The translations under genes and the position numbers were made by a program. A DNA stretch of 64,000 nucleotides, from NCBI RefSeq assembly GCF_009914755.1, contig NC_060931.1; one strand, given 5' to 3'. This stretch comes from the human T2T-CHM13v2.0 reference genome, Homo sapiens. Below are positions 58,955-64,000 of the stretch, in pieces; the stretch's first letter is position 1; the number at the start of each line of letters is the position of its first letter. The notes beneath the pieces were generated by a model, which worked only from the letters and a program-made list of their open reading frames with translations, did no database searches and had not been told where the DNA came from.

Positions 58955-59394
58955 TGTTATGAGCTAAATGTTCGTGTCTCTCAAAAATCCATATGTTGAC
59001 TTCCTAACCCCCAATGTGACAGTTTGGAGGTGGGGCCTCTTTGGTAGGTAATGAGGTTTATATTAGGTCCTGAGGGTGGGGCCCCGTTAATGAGATTAGT
59101 GCTCTTATAAGAAAAGGAAGGCAGAGAAAGATCTCTCTCCATGCACATGCACCAAGAAAAAGCCACAGTGAGAAGGTGGCTGTCTACAAGCCAGGAAGTG
59201 GGCCTGCATTATAATTTCAACTCTGCAGGTTGGCCTAACCCTAACCCTAACCCCTCTGCAGGTAGGCAAGAATCAACTGTGCAGGTACATTGATCTTGGA
59301 ATTCCAACCTCCAGAGCTGTGAGAAATAAATGTCTGTTTTTTAAGCCCCCAAGTCTGTGGCATTTTGTGACAGTAGCCTGAGCAGACTAAGGCA
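58955..59394 (+). mobile_element. MLT1A-type LTR followed by a few bases resembling the MaLR internal start
   Basis: TGTTATGAGCTAAATG...AGCAGACTAAGGCA, then gtaattggtaccaagag. Confidence 0.85.
59234..59253. repeat. Short interstitial telomeric tract, about 3.3 perfect CCCTAA units
   Basis: CCTAACCCTAACCCTAACCC between two copies of CTCTGCAGGT(T/A)GGC. Confidence 0.8.
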
Positions 59395-60947
59395 GTAATT
59401 GGTACCAAGAGTCAGGAAAGAGATAAGAAACCGGTAGCTTCAACAGTCGCTGCAAATCCTCCTGTAACCAATTTGTGTACATTAAGAACCAGGGCCTCTC
59501 AGATCTAGGAAACAACTGCAAATGGTATGGAGGCTGGCTACCACTATATCAACAAAAAAGCTACTTCAAGTAGCAATCACAAAAAATACCCCCAAAAAGG
59601 GCTGAGTCTTTCGAACAAAGACATTAATTCCCAAAGCAAATCTGTTTGCTATTTAATACAAGGAAAAATGGGTTCTAGATCCAGTAACCACTAATCCCAA
59701 CAGAAGGCACTCCCACTGGTCTATTAGGCAGCAATTTCATAAATAGTTATTTTTTAAAATATAAAGGACAACGTGTGACTAAGAGCTTAGGAAAAGGGCA
59801 ATATCCAAGAATAACCTTATCAAATGTGAAGATGGGATTTCATTTTAGCTAATCTAAAATGAGAGGGAACAGGGAAAGTATCAAATTAACAAATTCAGTG
59901 GCAGCCTGATACTTCTGTAGCCAAGCGTGACAAAATAGTAAGTGCTTTACAGATTGACAGTGATAATTAAGAGTTTTCCTAAAACATATACATATAGTCA
60001 AGGTGACAAAACTAAAGGGACCAATGAAGATGTACTAAAGAGACAGAAAAAATCATTATCTTTTTTGTAAAAGGGAAATAGCAGAATAGGAGGTTTGAAG
60101 AGGGCAAGAGAATTGAGATATTAGCATGCCACAGACTACAGGCCTTCACTGAATAAAGAGTGGATGTTAGTTGAAGAAAAAGCAGAAGAATCAAGGGACT
60201 GTGAGGAGCTCCAACCAAGCTAAAAATTTTTGCCAAGGTGCAGTTTAAAAAGGAAAATACAATTATCTCTAGAATTTTAGTTACCATACAGCTCAATCCC
60301 CTTACAGTTAAGATGAGGAAAAAGAGACATCCCCTAAGGCCTCAAAGCTAAGGCACCAACAGAACCAAGATGGAACAACACAGGTCCCAGGTCTAGATTC
60401 ATGGCTTTTCCCTCCCAAAAGTTTGCGATCTAGTCCGAGAATAAAAACACAGCGGGAATTACCCCATGAAAAACCAAGGATACTCAAGTAAAAGATTAGT
60501 CACAATAACAAACCAACTAACACAAGGCTGTATGCTCTCCCCTAGAATGGGAAACTCTGAAACGTGGAGATGTCGGAGCCCCCAACCCCCACCTGCAGGA
60601 CCTTGTTCTTCACTCTAGTGCAGCAATGTCCAGACCACACCCAGAGCTGATGATACATTCGGTCTTCAGCAGTTGAATATGTTCCACACAAAAACATGCT
60701 TTCTGAGATTAAAACTGTGAGGCTGAGCTGTTGGGTTTTGGGGGTCATTCCTTAAGATTAATATTCTTGGATCTTCTGGCCAGTCTACTGTTTTTCATGG
60801 AAACAAACCACATTTCAGTATTTTAAGTTGTAGTGAATTCTCAAAATACATACAGAAATGAAGTCTTGAGGCTTTATTCAGATCTCCTGCTCCCCGACAA
60901 AAAAAAAAAAAAGTTAAAAAAATACACATAAGAAAAAATAATCTTAC

Positions 60948-61244
60948 CTGATGCATTTTTTAAATGCAGAAAAAAAAAAACATACACGGAAGAATTTTTT
61001 TTCCTTGCCTTTCAGCCTCTTTATAGCAGCTCTGCACAAATCTCGAAGAATCAAAGAAGGCTTTGGGAGAATTCCTTTTAAGCCTTGTTGGCAACCTTCC
61101 AACACACAGAACCACATGGCAGAGATGTTTTCAGAACCTGCATTAATAGCTAAAGATGGAGATGTTTTCAGAACCTGCATTCACACCTGACCTCGAGCAG
61201 GCAGAGCACACACCTGTACACCTGGTTAGCTTGAGGCTCTACAG
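60948..61244 (-). other. Candidate non-coding (UTR/lncRNA) or cryptic exon, 297 bp
   Basis: Acceptor TTTTATTTGTTTTTATTTTACCAG| and strong donor CAG|GTAAGA in non-repeat DNA; no transcript evidence. Confidence 0.35.
61122..61181. repeat. Perfect 23-bp direct repeat with a 14-bp spacer
   Basis: GAGATGTTTTCAGAACCTGCATT at 61122-61144 and 61159-61181. Confidence 0.92.
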
Positions 61245-61607
61245 CTGGTAAAATAAAAACAAATAAAATTTCTTTCTAAATGCCCTGTCTTCCTCCAAAA
61301 CCCAGAGTCTACACATGACTATTCTCAACCCTGAATGACACACCCGGAACTACCAAACCCAGCATCTCTGGCACCCTCTATTCCAAGAAGCATCTTGCAT
61401 CAACAATCACCAACATCCTGCCTCTCTAATCAGAGGCACAGACACAGCAGCTTTAATTGCAAAGCTCAGAAGTTCTCCAAGCTTTTTATATTAAACCCCT
61501 CTGAAAAATCCTCAATCCCGAATCCCACAGCAATCCTCTACCATAAGGGACAGAAAAGTGTACAGTTGCCACACAGTTACCAGAAGACCACTCAAAAACT
61601 TGCAATC

Positions 61608-61955
61608 TGTGATGGTTCACTATATGTGTCAGCTTGGATAGACTACAGTACCCAATTATTCAATCAAACACTAATCGGGGTATTGCTGTGAAGGTATTCT
61701 ATAGATGTGATTAACACTGACAATCAGCTGACTTTAAGTAAAAGCAAAATTATTCTTGATAACGTGAGTGGGCCTCATCCAATCAGTTGAAAGGCCTTAG
61801 AAGCAAACACTGAGATTTCCCTGAAGAAGAGATTCTGACTCAAGACTCCAACATCAACTCCTGCCCAAGGATTTCCTTATATATAAATGATATAATAGAT
61901 ACATACATAAAATCTCCTACAGGTTCTATTTCTCTGGAGAACATGGATTGATGTA
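61608..61955 (+). mobile_element. MLT2 (MLT2D-like) ERVL solo LTR, internally deleted
   Basis: TGTGATGGTT...gggcctcatccaatcagttgaaaggcctt...ttctctggagaac; TSD CAATC/TAATC. Confidence 0.85.
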
Positions 61956-61996
61956 TAATCCAATCCCCTCTTTGCAACACTACGACCTCTTTAAAT

Positions 61997-62365
61997 TAGG
62001 GTTGCAAACTCAAATGTTAATGGGGGCCTGGCAGGTAATGTCACTGGTGCAAATGTCTGTTGGACAATAAATGACAATGAACAGCCTGCCTCAGGGTCCA
62101 GAGGACATGAGAGTGTTTTGGAAACTACACTGAACTGGGGACACTTCCACTTACAGGGGACAGCAGAGTTGCCAGATTGCAATTGGGGCCAGTGCTACTA
62201 AATGCTCCATTTGTTCAAGAGAGGCCAGAAATCCACAGTTTTAAAATGTAACATCCCCCCACTCATTGCAATTCTTAACTACTTGCAACTAATTCAAATT
62301 TAAGGCACCTAGTAATTTAACTCTATGAAGAGCAAATACACTGAGTCTAGGAGCCAGATGGGAGA
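61997..62365 (+). mobile_element. MER102-like hAT-Charlie element
   Basis: gggttgcaaactcaaatg...ggggcctggcaggtaa...gagaggccagaaatcc. Confidence 0.65.
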
Positions 62366-62369
62366 GGGA

Positions 62370-62560
62370 GAAACAGGTTCTATGTGTTCTACATGCATTA
62401 ACTCATGTGGTCCTCACAATGTCCCTGTGAGGTAGGTACTATTATTAAGCCCCTTTTGCAGATGAAGAAACTGTGGCATAGAGAGAAAAAATAACTCAGG
62501 CAAGGTCACATAGCTAGAAAGTGGGGCTGGTGGGATGTCAAACCTGGCAGAGTATAGGGC
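62370..62560 (-). mobile_element. MIR SINE
   Basis: ccctgtgaggtaggtactattatt...ttttgcagatgaagaaactgtggc...caaggtcacatagcta. Confidence 0.85.
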
Positions 62561-62859
62561 CACAGACAACATTGCACACCTTTTCTAGGATCATTATTGA
62601 AGAGTTTTAGCTCTGAATTTTCACTATTGTATGTTAGGCTTGTAAGGCAGTCATGGAAATTTTACAGGTAGAGAAAATGTGACCCAGGAAACTCAAGACA
62701 TGTTGACTGTCTAACCCATGCAGAAGAGCCAAGAATTCAACTGAAGCCTTACTCCTTTGCCTTTCAACTCAGCAGGTACAACACTGTCTCAGGAAAGCTC
62801 ATCACTAATGCATTTCTAATGAATGGCCTTGCTGGGCTTTTGTATTAGTATTATTTACT

Positions 62860-63315
62860 ATTTTTTAAATTAAACATTTTAGTCCTTGAATAGGTTTAGA
62901 AAATAATATAATGATCCCCAGAGTGCCTACCACTCATTTTTTAAAATTAAATGTTACAATAGAAAGCTCACATGTATTCTTTACCACTACAGAACTAAAC
63001 AGGATCCTGAATTTTGTGTATATCATTCACATACATGTGCAAGTTTTTACACTGCTACTTCACATGCATACATAGTATCTAGTATTGCTTTGCATGCTTT
63101 TAAACCTGAAGTAGGTGGAAACATAAGGCATATACCCTTCTGCAACTTGCTTGTTTCCTTTAATGCATTTGACATTTATTTTTACTATTGCATAGCACAG
63201 GATATTTATCTATTTGTTTTTACTAGACATTAGGTTGTACCTGGAAACAAAGAACTTTGTACATGTGTCTTTTTATGAATAAGTGTGAGGCTTTCTCTAA
63301 GGGTGGATAAGTGGG
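62860..63315 (-). mobile_element. Old L1M (L1ME-like) fragment
   Basis: cctgaattttgtgtatatcattc...ttctgcaacttgcttgtttc...ttgtacatgtgtc. Confidence 0.55.
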
Positions 63316-64000
63316 GGTGACTAAAATAATTTTATTATAATTATGTAAAATGCTTACACTGGGGGAAGTGGGTGAGTTAGGTAAGGGACTCTTTCTATGA
63401 TTTTTGCAACTTTTCTGTAATTCTAAAATTAGTTCAAAACCAAAAGGTTAAAAAAAAAAGGAAAAGAACATCTCCTCTGGGCCACTCCAAGCAATTCACC
63501 ATAGGATCACAATGCCTTGGGCTGAATCCTAGACACAGACGAGACCTCCACAGCAGTGGAAACAGGAAAAGGCTAGCTCCAGGGCCCTCCATCCCAGAAA
63601 TGCCACAAAACTGCCATATGAAACTGGTTGTTTAAAATGCCTCAAATAGCTGAGCTTATATACGGTCAAGTATGATTAACTAAAACCAAAGCAATTCTTT
63701 GAATATTTATAAACCAAGACAAGCAGACGTCATTTAAATTGAAAAGGCAACAAAGCTCCATTAGTGAAAAAGTCTCTCAAGCTACAACTCTCTATCAAAT
63801 ACATGAAATGACTTGTCTTTTACCTAGGTTTAAATTGTATCTGATATATTTGTTTAATTCTATGCATTTGGGGGCACATCTAAAAGTTCGCGGCTCTCCA
63901 ACTATAAGGAATGGGAGGGCCTCTTGGAATTCAAGCATCTATTCTTTGTCTTCCTGTTCTTTCCAACCAGTCAGATGCCCTGTGCCAGGAGAAAAATGTG

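Noticed and set aside
61122-61181. 23-bp repeat-spacer-repeat as a CRISPR-like array
   Set aside because: Only two copies with a 14-bp spacer in primate DNA and no cas genes; this is a local duplication.

Overview
Hominid (very likely human) non-coding genomic DNA. The evidence is an SVA element, young AluY copies and an L1PA3-type LINE. I could not support any protein-coding exon or host gene name. The ORF track consists of Alu/LTR/L1 read-throughs and chance ORFs; its only real protein homology is a frameshifted L1 ORF2 C-terminus. A large share of the window is interspersed repeat: about 20 Alu/FLAM, many MIR/L2, old L1M pieces, MaLR/ERV LTRs, and hAT and Tigger DNA transposons. Repeat families were recognised by eye from remembered consensus sequences. 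The young L1, the SVA and the MaLR LTRs all lie on the + strand, and the best splice signals are on the - strand, which suggests (inference) a long intron of a minus-strand transcript. I found no convincing new multi-gene system. The notable signals are molecular scars: (1) a 5'-truncated L1PA3 carrying a 77-bp 3'-transduced sequence with its own AATAAA and second A-tail, all inside one TSD; (2) a short (CCCTAA)n interstitial telomeric insert bracketed by a 14-bp direct duplication inside an MLT1A LTR; (3) a roughly 770-bp AT-rich locus built from two inverted duplications plus nested tandem duplications, with an Alu inserted in one hairpin loop; (4) young SVA and AluY insertions with perfect TSDs, an Alu whose A-tail is replaced by a G-rich tract, and a candidate minus-strand non-coding exon.
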